Assembly (NCBI GenBank): GCA_963727505.1
Contig: CAVSGP010000005.1
Coordinates: 32,001 to 96,000 of the forward strand
Origin: an uncultured Trueperaceae bacterium
GTDB lineage: Bacteria > Deinococcota > Deinococci > Deinococcales > Trueperaceae
DNA length: 64,000 nt
Direction of reading: 5' to 3'
The notes under the pieces were generated by a model that worked only from the letters and a program-made list of their open reading frames with translations, had not been told where the DNA came from and made no database searches. Shown in pieces: positions 30,561 to 40,025 of this stretch. The position numbers and the translations under genes were made by a program. Every line of letters begins with the position of its first letter. Positions within the stretch are counted from its first letter, which is position 1.

Positions 30561-30728
30561 ATCGGACCCCACATCGCGTAAGCTTGCAATGAGCTTGCAA
30601 GTGAGCTTCTGGGTTGCCGAGGACCGTCCTGCGTGACGTGTCCGAGGCGCAAAGCATGCGGCGCGAGGGGGCGTCGCGAGTGGGCCGACAGGGTCGGACC
30701 GCAATGGCTCTAGTGGAGGTGCCAGTCG

Positions 30729-32015
30729 ATGAGACGCTTCACGATCTACGCAGTGGCGGCTGTGCTCGCAGCCTTCTTCCTGACGGCGGCGTTCGCGCAA
30801 GCGCCGCTGAAGCTGACCGGTTGGCCTTACCAGGTCGACACGGTCAACGCGAACCTCGCGAGGTTCCAGCAGCAGACCGGCATCTCGGCTACGTTCTCGC
30901 CGTTCCCCAGCGACAATTACCACGACAAGATGGTGGCCTCGTTCGTGGGCGGTACCGACTTCGACGTCGTGTACGTGCGCGACAACTTCCTCGCCGAGTG
31001 GGCGTCGGCGGGGTGGCTCACGCCTATCGACGGCATGCCGGGCGTGCAGCAGTACGTCAGTGATCTCCCCGGTGCCATCGTGAACCAGCTCTCCTACGAC
31101 GGGAAGCTGTACGGATTGCCGTACTACTCGGGCATGTCGGTGTTCGCATACAACGCCGATCAGCTCAAGCAGGCGGGTGTCGACCAGCCCCCGAAGACCT
31201 GGGACGATCTGCTGGCGGCGGCGAAGAAGGTCAAGGACGCCGGCATCAGCGACCACCCCATCATCCTTGAGCTCAAGAAGGGTGACTACATCACCCAGAC
31301 GCTCGAGATCATCACCGCGGGCTTCGGTGGCAAGATGTTCAACGACACCAACGAACCGGTCTTCCAAGAGCAGGGGAGCGCCTTCCGCTCGGCGGTGGAC
31401 TGGATCCGCAAGGGCCTGGAGATGGGCGTCATCGACCCCGCATCGCTTAGCTCCGATGACCACGACGTGACGCTGGCGCTGTCCGCGGGCACGCACACCT
31501 TCACGCTGGTAGCCGACTACAACCTCAAGACCATCAACGATCCCGAGCAGTCGAAGACGGCCGGCCAGGTCAAGAACGCCCTTATCCCGGGCAACGGCTC
31601 CACGGTCAGCGGCACCACCTCGTACGTCCGCCTGTACGGCATCACCTCGAACTCCAAGAACAAGGATGAGGCCTGGAAGCTGGTTCAGTTCCTCGGCGGC
31701 AAGGACGCCACCGGCGAGTACTACGTGCCAAAGAGGTGGGCGCTCGACTACGGTCTCGGCTTCGCCTACACCTCGATGTACAACGACCCCGACATCCGTG
31801 CGTCGTTGCAGGACTGGATCAACCCGGACCTCCTGAGCAAGCAGGCGGATTACGCCGTGAACCGCTCCTACCGCTTCACGCCTTACTTCTCCGACTGGCA
31901 GACCAGCGAGTGGGGCACCATGCAGAACCTGCTGTCGGGTAGCGGCTCGATGGACAAGACGCTTGACGGCATGGCTAAGCACTGGAACGACCTCAAGTCT
32001 CAATACGGCGGATAG
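30729..32015 (+). CDS. CUT1 ABC transporter solute-binding protein
   Basis: Signal peptide ending AFAQ; DGKLYGLP and PPKTWDDL motifs. Confidence 0.9.
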   Translation: MRRFTIYAVAAVLAAFFLTAAFAQAPLKLTGWPYQVDTVNANLARFQQQTGISATFSPFPSDNYHDKMVASFVGGTDFDVVYVRDNFLAEWASAGWLTPIDGMPGVQQYVSDLPGAIVNQLSYDGKLYGLPYYSGMSVFAYNADQLKQAGVDQPPKTWDDLLAAAKKVKDAGISDHPIILELKKGDYITQTLEIITAGFGGKMFNDTNEPVFQEQGSAFRSAVDWIRKGLEMGVIDPASLSSDDHDVTLALSAGTHTFTLVADYNLKTINDPEQSKTAGQVKNALIPGNGSTVSGTTSYVRLYGITSNSKNKDEAWKLVQFLGGKDATGEYYVPKRWALDYGLGFAYTSMYNDPDIRASLQDWINPDLLSKQADYAVNRSYRFTPYFSDWQTSEWGTMQNLLSGSGSMDKTLDGMAKHWNDLKSQYGG

Positions 32016-32053
32016 GACGGAACGGGGACCAACGTGATTCCCTCCGAGTCTCA

Positions 32054-32083
32054 GCACCACGGCGCCTCCGGGCGCCGTGGTGC
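32054..32083 (+). promoter_or_regulatory. Stem-loop after the SBP gene
   Basis: 13-bp perfect stem gcaccacggcgcc / ggcgccgtggtgc. Confidence 0.65.
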
Positions 32084-32087
32084 CCGT

Positions 32088-32969
32088 GTGACGCGGGAGA
32101 GCAGCCCGGGAACGTTGGCGGCGATGTTCTCCGCCCCCACGTTGCTGGTCATCTTCACCACCATCGTGTTCCCGCTCGGCTATGCGGTTTATCTGAGTTT
32201 GCACCGCTACAACCTCAAGTTTCCGGTACGTCCCTTCGTGGGGCTCCGGAATTACGCCCGGCTCCTCCAGAGCGGTGAGTTCTGGAACTCGCTGACGACG
32301 ACCTTTGTCTTCTCGCTGTCGGCGGTGGTGGCGATCATCGTGGTGGGCTTCTTCATCGCCCTGCTGCTGGACCAGGACTTCCCCGGACGGGGGCTGCTGC
32401 GGGCGTTGCTGCTGGTGCCGTGGGCGGTACCGCCGGTGGTCAACGGCCTGCTCTGGAAGTGGCTGCTCGATCCCGGCTACGGCGTGGTCAACGGCCTGCT
32501 GACGCAGCTCCACCTCATCGACAGCTATCGTTCCTGGTTGACCAGCATGCCGAGCGCCATGATCTGGGTGGTTTCGGCCTACACCTGGACGCACGTTCCG
32601 CTGGCCGCGCTGCTGATTCTTGCGGGTCTACAGACGATCCCGGGCGAGCTGTACGAGGCGGCTACGGTGGACGGAGCCTCGTCCTGGCAGCGCCTCACGG
32701 GCATCACCCTTCCGCTGGTGCGCCCCACCATCATGGTGGTCCTCATCTTCGAGACGATCTTCGCGTTGAAGGTGTTCGACATCATCTACGTCTTGACGGG
32801 CGGAGGGCCCGGCAATGCCACCACGGTGCTGGGGTGGGAGATCTATTCCAAGACCTTCCGCCAGCTCGACTTCGGCAACGGCAGTGCCCTCGCCATTCTG
32901 CTCGGGCTGATCACGCTCGGGCTCGCCGCCGGCTACTTCGCGATGCTCAATCGCGAGCGCTCGACCTGA
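32088..32969 (+). CDS. Carbohydrate ABC permease (MalF-like)
   Basis: LYEAATVDGA and LTGGGPG motifs. Start placed after the hairpin; alternative start 32034. Confidence 0.9.
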   Translation: MTRESSPGTLAAMFSAPTLLVIFTTIVFPLGYAVYLSLHRYNLKFPVRPFVGLRNYARLLQSGEFWNSLTTTFVFSLSAVVAIIVVGFFIALLLDQDFPGRGLLRALLLVPWAVPPVVNGLLWKWLLDPGYGVVNGLLTQLHLIDSYRSWLTSMPSAMIWVVSAYTWTHVPLAALLILAGLQTIPGELYEAATVDGASSWQRLTGITLPLVRPTIMVVLIFETIFALKVFDIIYVLTGGGPGNATTVLGWEIYSKTFRQLDFGNGSALAILLGLITLGLAAGYFAMLNRERST

Positions 32970-32988
32970 ATCGGGAGGAAGCGACACC

Positions 32989-33873
32989 GTGTTCGTGACG
33001 AAGCGACAACGACGCATCGGACGCATGGTCGCGCTCTACGCGGCGGCTCTGGTGGTGCTCGCCTATCTGGTGGGCCCCTTCCTGTGGCTGGTGACCTCCA
33101 GCTTTCAGACCGAGACCCGGCTGCTGAGCGTCCCGCCGAGCTGGATCCCCCGACCACTGAACTTCGGCAGTTACCGGGAGCTCCTGACCGGCGCCTTCCT
33201 GCCGCAATCGGCGGGCGTTCCCTACCAGTCGCGGGTGTTCCTGCGGGCCATGCTGAACAGCTTCATCGTGGCGGGGTCGGTATCGGTGCTGGCGCTGGCG
33301 TTCGGCGCCTTCGCCGCCTATCCGCTCGCTCGGTTGAAGTTCCGCGGGCGCAACGGCCTGATGTTCCTGATCCTCGCGACGCGACTGATCCCGGCCCTGG
33401 CGCTGGCCGTGCCGTTCTACCTGCTGGCGAACCGCCTTGGCGTCCTCGACCAGCTCGGTACGCTCATCGTCATCAACCTCTCGTTCGTCCTGCCGTACGT
33501 GGTGTGGCTGTTGCAGTCCTACTTCCGAACGATCCCGATGGACCTCGAGGACGCGGGGCGCATCGACGGCTGCAGCCGTAGTCAGGTCGTGACCCGGATC
33601 ATCATGCCACTGGCCATGCCGGGCCTGGTCTCGGCAGGGATCCTGGCATTCCTTCTCACCTGGGGCGAGTTCTTCTTCGCCCTCATCCTCACCAGCTCGC
33701 AACGTGCCTACACCAGCACGGTCGTGGCGGCCATGTTCGCCACGGACATCGACGTCAACTATGTCACCATCATCACGGCGGGTGTGCTGTCGGTCCTGCC
33801 CCCCGTGCTGTTCGCACTCATCTTCCAGCGCTATATCGTGAGCGGCCTGCTGTCGGGGGCCGTGAAAGGCTGA
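32989..33873 (+). CDS. Carbohydrate ABC permease (MalG-like)
   Basis: DLEDAGRIDG, WGEFF and SGAVKG motifs. Confidence 0.92.
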   Translation: MFVTKRQRRIGRMVALYAAALVVLAYLVGPFLWLVTSSFQTETRLLSVPPSWIPRPLNFGSYRELLTGAFLPQSAGVPYQSRVFLRAMLNSFIVAGSVSVLALAFGAFAAYPLARLKFRGRNGLMFLILATRLIPALALAVPFYLLANRLGVLDQLGTLIVINLSFVLPYVVWLLQSYFRTIPMDLEDAGRIDGCSRSQVVTRIIMPLAMPGLVSAGILAFLLTWGEFFFALILTSSQRAYTSTVVAAMFATDIDVNYVTIITAGVLSVLPPVLFALIFQRYIVSGLLSGAVKG

Positions 33874-33875
33874 GC

Positions 33876-35207
33876 ATGAACGACGACACGCCCACGTCTT
33901 CAATCCTCGACTGGCTCCGCCAGAACCGGGTCATCAACGCCTCGGGAACCATGACGTTCCTGGGCGCGTCCATCGTCGCGCCCGAGACCGCCGCCGTCGT
34001 CCACGAGAGCCTCGGCTACTTCGTGGATATTGCCGCTCTGCAGGCGCACGCGAGTGCGACCATCGCCCGGCTTACGGGCGGTGAGGCCGGCTGCGTGAGC
34101 GCCTGCGCCGCCTCTGGGATCGCGGTTTCGCTGGCGGCGGCGATGACCGGCCTGGAGCCGTCTGCGGCCGAGGATCTTCCCGACGGCCAGGGCATCTCGC
34201 GCCGCCGCGTCGTGATCCAGCGAGGCCACGTCGTGAACTACGGTGCGTCGATCCTGCAGCTCATCCGACAGATCGGCGCCGTGCCGGTAGAGATCGGCAC
34301 CGCGACGCACGGCGAGGCCTTCGAGCTGGCTCATGCGCTGACGCCGGAGACGGCGGCCGCCCTGTACGTGGTGAGCCACCACACCGTGCAGTCCGAGCAG
34401 ATCGGCCTCGGCGATTTCGTCGAAACTTGCCACGCCGCCGGCGTGCCCGTCGTCGTGGACGCGGCGTCCGAGTACGATCTGCGCAGCTTCCTGGAGCTCG
34501 GGGCCGATATCGTCGTGTATAGCGCGCACAAGTTCCTGAGCGGAGCCACAGCCGGCATCGTGGCGGGCCGCAAGGAGCTGGTGCGGGCCGCGTACATGCA
34601 TCAGTCGGTCGGGTTGGGTCGGCCGATGAAGGTGGGCAAGGAGGGGATCGTCGGGGCCGTGGCAGCGCTCGAGCGCTGGGAACGCCTCGATCACCGGGAC
34701 CTGCACCGGCACGAGTACGCGCGCGTCGAGGCCCTCCGCGACGGCCTGTCCCGGGTGGACGGCGTGACGGTCGAAGAGTTGCCCGATCCCACCGGGAACC
34801 CCATCACCCGCCTCCGTGTGCGCATCGATCGGGCGCGGTCCGGCCGGACGGCGGCATGGTTGGCCAAGCGCTTGCGTGCGAGCTCTCCGGCCATCGTCGT
34901 GCGGGATCACCACGTCGATCTCGAGTTCTTCGAGCTCGATCCCTGCAACCTCCTCGACGACGACGTCGACGTCATCGTGAAGCGCTTCATGGACCTGTCG
35001 ACCGAGCTCCTCGGCGTTCCGCCCCAGACGTCCGGCGACTTCGGCCCGCGCATGGCGCATTACGACGAAGACGGCCTTCCGCGCGTCGACCTCGACCGTG
35101 TGCCCTGGGCGTTTTCGCGGGTCGCCTACGGCGGACGGGCACACGGGATGGAGACCTGGCCCGACGTCTACCTGGAGAAGTCGGTCGACGGAGCCGGCGA
35201 AGAGTGA
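33876..35207 (+). CDS. SelA-related PLP enzyme, DgaE (D-glucosaminate-6-P ammonia-lyase)-like
   Basis: VINASGTMTFLGAS, VDAASE, YSAHK (PLP Lys) and GRPMKVGKE motifs. Confidence 0.85.
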   Translation: MNDDTPTSSILDWLRQNRVINASGTMTFLGASIVAPETAAVVHESLGYFVDIAALQAHASATIARLTGGEAGCVSACAASGIAVSLAAAMTGLEPSAAEDLPDGQGISRRRVVIQRGHVVNYGASILQLIRQIGAVPVEIGTATHGEAFELAHALTPETAAALYVVSHHTVQSEQIGLGDFVETCHAAGVPVVVDAASEYDLRSFLELGADIVVYSAHKFLSGATAGIVAGRKELVRAAYMHQSVGLGRPMKVGKEGIVGAVAALERWERLDHRDLHRHEYARVEALRDGLSRVDGVTVEELPDPTGNPITRLRVRIDRARSGRTAAWLAKRLRASSPAIVVRDHHVDLEFFELDPCNLLDDDVDVIVKRFMDLSTELLGVPPQTSGDFGPRMAHYDEDGLPRVDLDRVPWAFSRVAYGGRAHGMETWPDVYLEKSVDGAGEE

Positions 35208-36376
35208 GCGGCTACCTTCTCAGATCGGTCCACCCGATGCCGGGGCGCTCGGGTGCCTCCCGGGAGACGGTCGACGTGCTCGTGGACCCCGCGGGTCGCG
35301 TGGCGCGCGTCGAGCCCTCCATCGACGCCCCGGACGGCGTGCGGGCCGTCGATGGCCGGGGGGCGTACCTGTCGCGCGGGTGGACGGACCTTCACACGCA
35401 CGTCTACTACGGCGCCACCGACATCTCGGTGCGCCCCTCGCAAGCAGGCATGGCGACCGGCGTGACGACGCTGGTGGACACGGGCTCCTCTGGCGAAGCG
35501 AACTTCCATGGTTTTCGCGAGTACATCATCGATAAGGCCGACGAGCGGGTGTTCGCGTTCCTGAACATCGGGTCCATCGGCCTCGTCGCGACCAACCGGG
35601 TGAGCGAGCTCATCGATATCCGGAGCATCGATTTCGACCGCTCGCTGGCAGTCATCGAGCGAAACCGAGACGTGATCAAGGGGATCAAGATCCGCGCCAG
35701 TCACGTCATCACGGGGAGTTGGGGAATCACGCCGCTGAAGGTCGCCAAGAAGCTGAGCCGCACGGTCGGGCTGCCGCTCATGGTGCACGTCGGTGAACCT
35801 CCTCCCTTGCTCGACGATGTCCTCGCACACCTCGATGCGGGTGACATCGTGACGCACTGCTTCAACGGCAAGCCGGGCGGCAACGTGCTGGACGACGAGC
35901 ACGTGTTCGCTGCAGCGCGCGATGCGCAACGCCGCGGCGTGCTCTTCGACATCGGGCACGGCTCGGCATCGTTCTCCTTCGACGTCGCCGAGCGCGCCCT
36001 CGCCCGGGGTCTGGAGCTCCACAGCATCAGCACGGACCTTCACGGGCACAACATCGATGGGCCGGTCGTCGACCTAGCCACGACGATGTCCAAGCTTCTA
36101 GCCCTCGGCGTGGATCTGGACACGGTCGTGGCGGCTGTGACGGTGGCGCCTGCGAAGGCGCTGCGGCTCGAGGAGGAAGGGTGGCTCGAGCTGGGATCCT
36201 TCGCGGATTTCACGGTCTTCGATGTCCAGGACGTCGACCTTACGGTGCGCGACTCTCGCGGAAGCGTGCGGCGCTTGGGTCGGTTCATCCGACCTCTCCA
36301 TGCAGCCCGCGGCGCCCACATCGTCGCGGCGGGGAGTCGCTCGCTCGATGGATCGAAGGAACGAGGTGGCGGGTGA
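35204..36376 (+). CDS. COG3964-type amidohydrolase/deacetylase (dihydroorotase-like)
   Basis: DLHTH, GVTTLVDTGSSG, GIKIRAS, MVHVG, THCFNG, DIGHG and ISTD motifs; GTGA overlap. Confidence 0.85.
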   Translation: MSGYLLRSVHPMPGRSGASRETVDVLVDPAGRVARVEPSIDAPDGVRAVDGRGAYLSRGWTDLHTHVYYGATDISVRPSQAGMATGVTTLVDTGSSGEANFHGFREYIIDKADERVFAFLNIGSIGLVATNRVSELIDIRSIDFDRSLAVIERNRDVIKGIKIRASHVITGSWGITPLKVAKKLSRTVGLPLMVHVGEPPPLLDDVLAHLDAGDIVTHCFNGKPGGNVLDDEHVFAAARDAQRRGVLFDIGHGSASFSFDVAERALARGLELHSISTDLHGHNIDGPVVDLATTMSKLLALGVDLDTVVAAVTVAPAKALRLEEEGWLELGSFADFTVFDVQDVDLTVRDSRGSVRRLGRFIRPLHAARGAHIVAAGSRSLDGSKERGGG

Positions 36377-36843
36377 CGACGCCGGACGAACGCCTAGAGG
36401 CACTGGGTATCCGCTTGCCGGCTCCTCCAGAACCCGTGGCCAACTTCGTCGTTGCGGTGCGTCACGGCGACACGCTCTTCCTCTCGGGGCAGGGGCCGAC
36501 GCGAGAAGGCAAGCCGGTCTACACCGGGAAGCTGGGCGACACGGTCACCGTCGAGGAGGGTTACGAAGCCGCGAGGTTGTGTGCACTCAACCTGCTCGGT
36601 GTGGTTCAGGCCGAGATCGGCCTGCTCGATCGTGTGCGGCGCGTCGTGAAGCTACTGGCGTTCGTGGCGAGCGCGAGCGGATTCGATCAACAACCGAGCG
36701 TGGTCAACGGCGCCTCCGATCTTCTGGTCGAGGTGTTCGGCCCGCGCGGTCGGCACGCCAGGAGTGCGATCGGGACAAGTCAATTGCCCTTCGACATCCC
36801 GGTCGAGATCGAGATGATCGTAGCGCTCGAGAGAGGGGATTGA
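36373..36843 (+). CDS. RidA/YjgF-family protein
   Basis: LFLSGQGP, NGASDL, HARSAIG (conserved Arg) and VEIE motifs; GTGA overlap. Confidence 0.9.
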   Translation: MTTPDERLEALGIRLPAPPEPVANFVVAVRHGDTLFLSGQGPTREGKPVYTGKLGDTVTVEEGYEAARLCALNLLGVVQAEIGLLDRVRRVVKLLAFVASASGFDQQPSVVNGASDLLVEVFGPRGRHARSAIGTSQLPFDIPVEIEMIVALERGD

Positions 36844-36849
36844 GCGGCC

Positions 36850-37869
36850 ATGGCGCGGGGAGGCGGTCCGCAGAACCAAGGACGAGAGGGCGGGCGCCCC
36901 CTCGCTCTAGAGCGCCGGTACGACGTTGCTACGTTCGGCGAGACCATGATCCGCCTCTCGGCGCCGTCGGGGGTGCGTCTGCCGGTCACTTCCGCGTTGT
37001 CCGTTCACGCCGGAGGCGCCGAGAGCAACGTCGCCGCCGATCTCGCGCAGCTCGGCCGGCACACGACCTGGTACAGCGCCTTGCCGGACCACGCCATGGG
37101 AGATGCGGTCGTCCGACGCATCGCAGCGGCAGGCGTGGACGTGTCGCACGTCAAGCGCGTGCCCGGAACGCGCGTCGGCGTCTACTACCTCGAGGGAGGG
37201 CTGGACGCCTCAACCCCCGAAGTCATCTACGATCGGCAGGCGACTGCGTTCTCTTGCATCGCGCCTGGAGACTTGCCCTTGGCGGCACTTCTCGACACGC
37301 GGGTGCTCCACGTTAGCGGGATCTCGGCGGCCGTGGGCGCGGGCCCCCGGGCGGCGCTCGTTCGGCTCTTGGACGAGGCGAAGCGCGCCGGCGTCTTGCT
37401 GAGCTTCGACATCAACTACCGTTCGCGTCTGTGGGACGCCGAGCAGGCGAGCGAAGCGCTGGCTCCCCTAGTGTCGCGCGCCGACCTCCTGTTCGTGAGC
37501 GAGTCGGACGCATCCACCCTGTTCCATCACAGGGGTGCGCCGGAGGCGATCGTCCGCGCACTCTCCGAACGGTCGCAGGCGAGCGTCGTCGTGCTGACCC
37601 GAGGTGATCGGGGCGTGGTTGCGTCGATCGATGGGACGATCCACGAGGTCCTGGCCCTTCCGGTGCAGGTGATCGACCGGCCCGGGGCCGGAGACGCGCT
37701 GGCGGCGGGGGTCCTGGATGGTGTGTTGGATGGCGATGCCCTTGCAGGGGTCCACCGCGGCGTGGTCCTTGCAGCGCATGCGCTCACGCAACTGGGGGAC
37801 ATCGTGACGACGAGTCGTAGCGATCTTCTGCGCTTCATGGCGAAGCCCCGCACGACGATCGCGAGATAG
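36850..37869 (+). CDS. PfkB-family sugar kinase, 2-keto-3-deoxygluconate kinase-like
   Basis: FGETMIRL, GGAESNVA, YDR, SFDINYRSRLW and DRPGAGDA motifs. Confidence 0.85.
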   Translation: MARGGGPQNQGREGGRPLALERRYDVATFGETMIRLSAPSGVRLPVTSALSVHAGGAESNVAADLAQLGRHTTWYSALPDHAMGDAVVRRIAAAGVDVSHVKRVPGTRVGVYYLEGGLDASTPEVIYDRQATAFSCIAPGDLPLAALLDTRVLHVSGISAAVGAGPRAALVRLLDEAKRAGVLLSFDINYRSRLWDAEQASEALAPLVSRADLLFVSESDASTLFHHRGAPEAIVRALSERSQASVVVLTRGDRGVVASIDGTIHEVLALPVQVIDRPGAGDALAAGVLDGVLDGDALAGVHRGVVLAAHALTQLGDIVTTSRSDLLRFMAKPRTTIAR

Positions 37870-38096
37870 CGGTTCCGTTGGGCGACGCGGTGCCGTTTCC
37901 GCCGCTCGCGGTTCGTCGGGACGCCGTGGCAATCGGTGTTAGCATCGACGACGGAAATGAAAGCGTATGCACCGGTCGCGCAGGGAACGGCGGGGCGTAA
38001 GGCCCGCGCCAGTGTGCATCCCGGCGCGGCCGGCGCGTGCGCTGTGGGAGAGTTGACGACCCGAGCGAGTTGAGCGTCAGCGGGAAGAGGCACGGC

Positions 38097-40010
38097 ATGG
38101 GCGAGGCGCCCGCGCACACGACGACCAGGAGTCCGGAGACGGTCGCGCCGACGCGCTCGGCGCCGACGGACGCGTCGGAGGACGAGTCGCCCCCCGACCA
38201 AGGGGCCCGCGGCGCGGCCCTCGAAACGATCGGCCCGCCAGGAGTCAGTCTTCGTCTCACCCTCTACGCAGTCCTCGTCGGTCTCATCGCCGGGCTGGGC
38301 GCGGTCGCCTTCCGCGGCCTCATCGCGCTGTTCCACAACCTGTTCTTCTACGGACGGATCAGCACCGTCTACGACACCCTGAAGCATGCTGCGGCCAGCC
38401 CCTGGGGGGTCGGCGTCATCGCGGTTCCCGTTGCGGGCGCACTGCTGGTGGCGTTCCTGGTCCGGACGTTCGCCCCGGAAGCCAAGGGGCACGGCGTTCC
38501 CGAAGTGGTCGACGCCATCTACTACAACGGCGGACGGATCCGCCCGGCGGTGGCGGTCATCAAGTCGCTGGCGTCCTCGATCTCGATCGGGTCTGGCGGC
38601 TCGGTCGGCCGCGAAGGGCCGATCATCCAGATCGGAGCGACCTTCGGCTCCGTGCTGGCGCAGTGGGCGCACCTCCCGGAGTGGAAACGTCTCACGCTGT
38701 TGGCCTGCGGGGCGGGGGCCGGCATCGCCGCCACCTTCAACACCCCCATCGGCGGCATCCTCTTCGCCGTCGAGATCATGCTGGTCGAGGTCAGCGCGCG
38801 CAGCCTGGTACCGGTGATGATCGCGACCGGCGCGGCCAGCTTCATCGGGCGCCTCTTCTTCGGATCCGACGCGTCCTTCCTGATTCCGTCGCTCACGTTG
38901 AACTCGGCCACCACGACGTCGCTGCCCGTGTACGGCGCTTACGCCGCGCTTGGCGTGCTGATGGGTCTGCTCGCCGTGGTGTACACGCGCTCGATCTACG
39001 CCTTCGAGGACCTGTTCGATCGAATCCCCGGCAGCTACTACCTGCGGCACGCGTTCGGCATGGCGCTGGTGGGCGTCATCATGTACCTGCTGTACCGGAC
39101 GCTGGGGCACTACTACATCCAGGGGGTCGGCTACTCCACCATCCAGGACATCCTGAACGGCGCTCTCACCACCACCTGGATCCTCCTGTTGCTGGTGGTG
39201 TTGAAGCTGCTGGCGGTGTCGTTGACGCTCGGTTCCGGCGCCTCGGGCGGCATCTTCTCGCCGGCGTTGTTCATGGGAGCGACCCTTGGGGCGGGGCTGG
39301 TGCAGGTGGGGCACGCCGCCTTCCCGGGGCTGCTGGTGAGCCTGGCGGGGGGCGCCGTCATCGGCATGGCGTGCATGGTGGCCGCGAGCACCGGCGCGGC
39401 CGTGACCGCGGTGGTGATGATCTTCGAGATGACGCGCGACTACAACGTCATCATCCCGCTGATCATCGCCGTGTCGCTGGCCTACGCCATCCGTCGCTGG
39501 CTGCTGGCCGACAGCATCTACACCCTCAAGCTGACGCGCCGCGGTCGGGTGATCCCGGCATCGATCCAGAGCAACCTCTACCTGATGCGCGATGCGCTGG
39601 AGCTGATCCAGGCGCCCTTCTTGCGGCTCGATGCCAGCAGCCGGGTGGAGGCGCTGCGCCAGCAGGTGCACTTCGGCCAGCCGGTGCCGCACGTGGTGCT
39701 CGTGCGCAAGGACAGGATCATCGGCATCGTCACGGCTGACACGCTCCGACCGCGGCTGCGTAGCGGCGTCGGTTCCGGCTCGATGCCGCTGGCCGACCTG
39801 GCCGACGGACACTACACGGTGCTGGAGGACACGACCCAGGTCGTCGACCTCATCGGGCGGCTACGGGCCGAGGCCAGCCGGGTCGTGGTTCTCATCCACG
39901 GCGACACCGACCCGGTCGACCCCACCTCGGTGGTGGGCATCGTGTCCTGGGGCGACGTCATGCAGAACGCCAACCTGCCGGTCAACCTCGACCGCATCGG
40001 CAAGCACTGA
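38097..40010 (+). CDS. ClC chloride channel/transporter family protein with C-terminal CBS-like region
   Basis: GHGVPE, GREGP, GGIFSP and SIYT motifs. Confidence 0.92.
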   Translation: MGEAPAHTTTRSPETVAPTRSAPTDASEDESPPDQGARGAALETIGPPGVSLRLTLYAVLVGLIAGLGAVAFRGLIALFHNLFFYGRISTVYDTLKHAAASPWGVGVIAVPVAGALLVAFLVRTFAPEAKGHGVPEVVDAIYYNGGRIRPAVAVIKSLASSISIGSGGSVGREGPIIQIGATFGSVLAQWAHLPEWKRLTLLACGAGAGIAATFNTPIGGILFAVEIMLVEVSARSLVPVMIATGAASFIGRLFFGSDASFLIPSLTLNSATTTSLPVYGAYAALGVLMGLLAVVYTRSIYAFEDLFDRIPGSYYLRHAFGMALVGVIMYLLYRTLGHYYIQGVGYSTIQDILNGALTTTWILLLLVVLKLLAVSLTLGSGASGGIFSPALFMGATLGAGLVQVGHAAFPGLLVSLAGGAVIGMACMVAASTGAAVTAVVMIFEMTRDYNVIIPLIIAVSLAYAIRRWLLADSIYTLKLTRRGRVIPASIQSNLYLMRDALELIQAPFLRLDASSRVEALRQQVHFGQPVPHVVLVRKDRIIGIVTADTLRPRLRSGVGSGSMPLADLADGHYTVLEDTTQVVDLIGRLRAEASRVVVLIHGDTDPVDPTSVVGIVSWGDVMQNANLPVNLDRIGKH

Positions 40011-40025
40011 GGCAAGACCTTCCAC

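Noticed and set aside
21632..32594. Very long ORFs such as 21632..24547 (+), 29730..32594 (-), 37527..39812 (-) and 60086..62392 (+)
   Set aside because: Antisense or off-frame shadows of real genes, expected when stop codons are scarce in high-GC DNA; no recognisable motifs.
33876..35207. True selenocysteine synthase selA
   Set aside because: No selB, selD or tRNA-Sec nearby; the GRPMKVGKE motif and catabolic context fit the DgaE-like branch.
35204..36376. Dihydroorotase pyrC
   Set aside because: DLHTHVY lacks the HxHxR substrate arginine, and there is no pyr gene context.
28900..37900. Mobile genomic island
   Set aside because: Codon usage looks slightly less GC-biased by eye, but I found no integrase, transposase, tRNA or flanking direct repeats. 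A GC3/tetranucleotide calculation would be needed.
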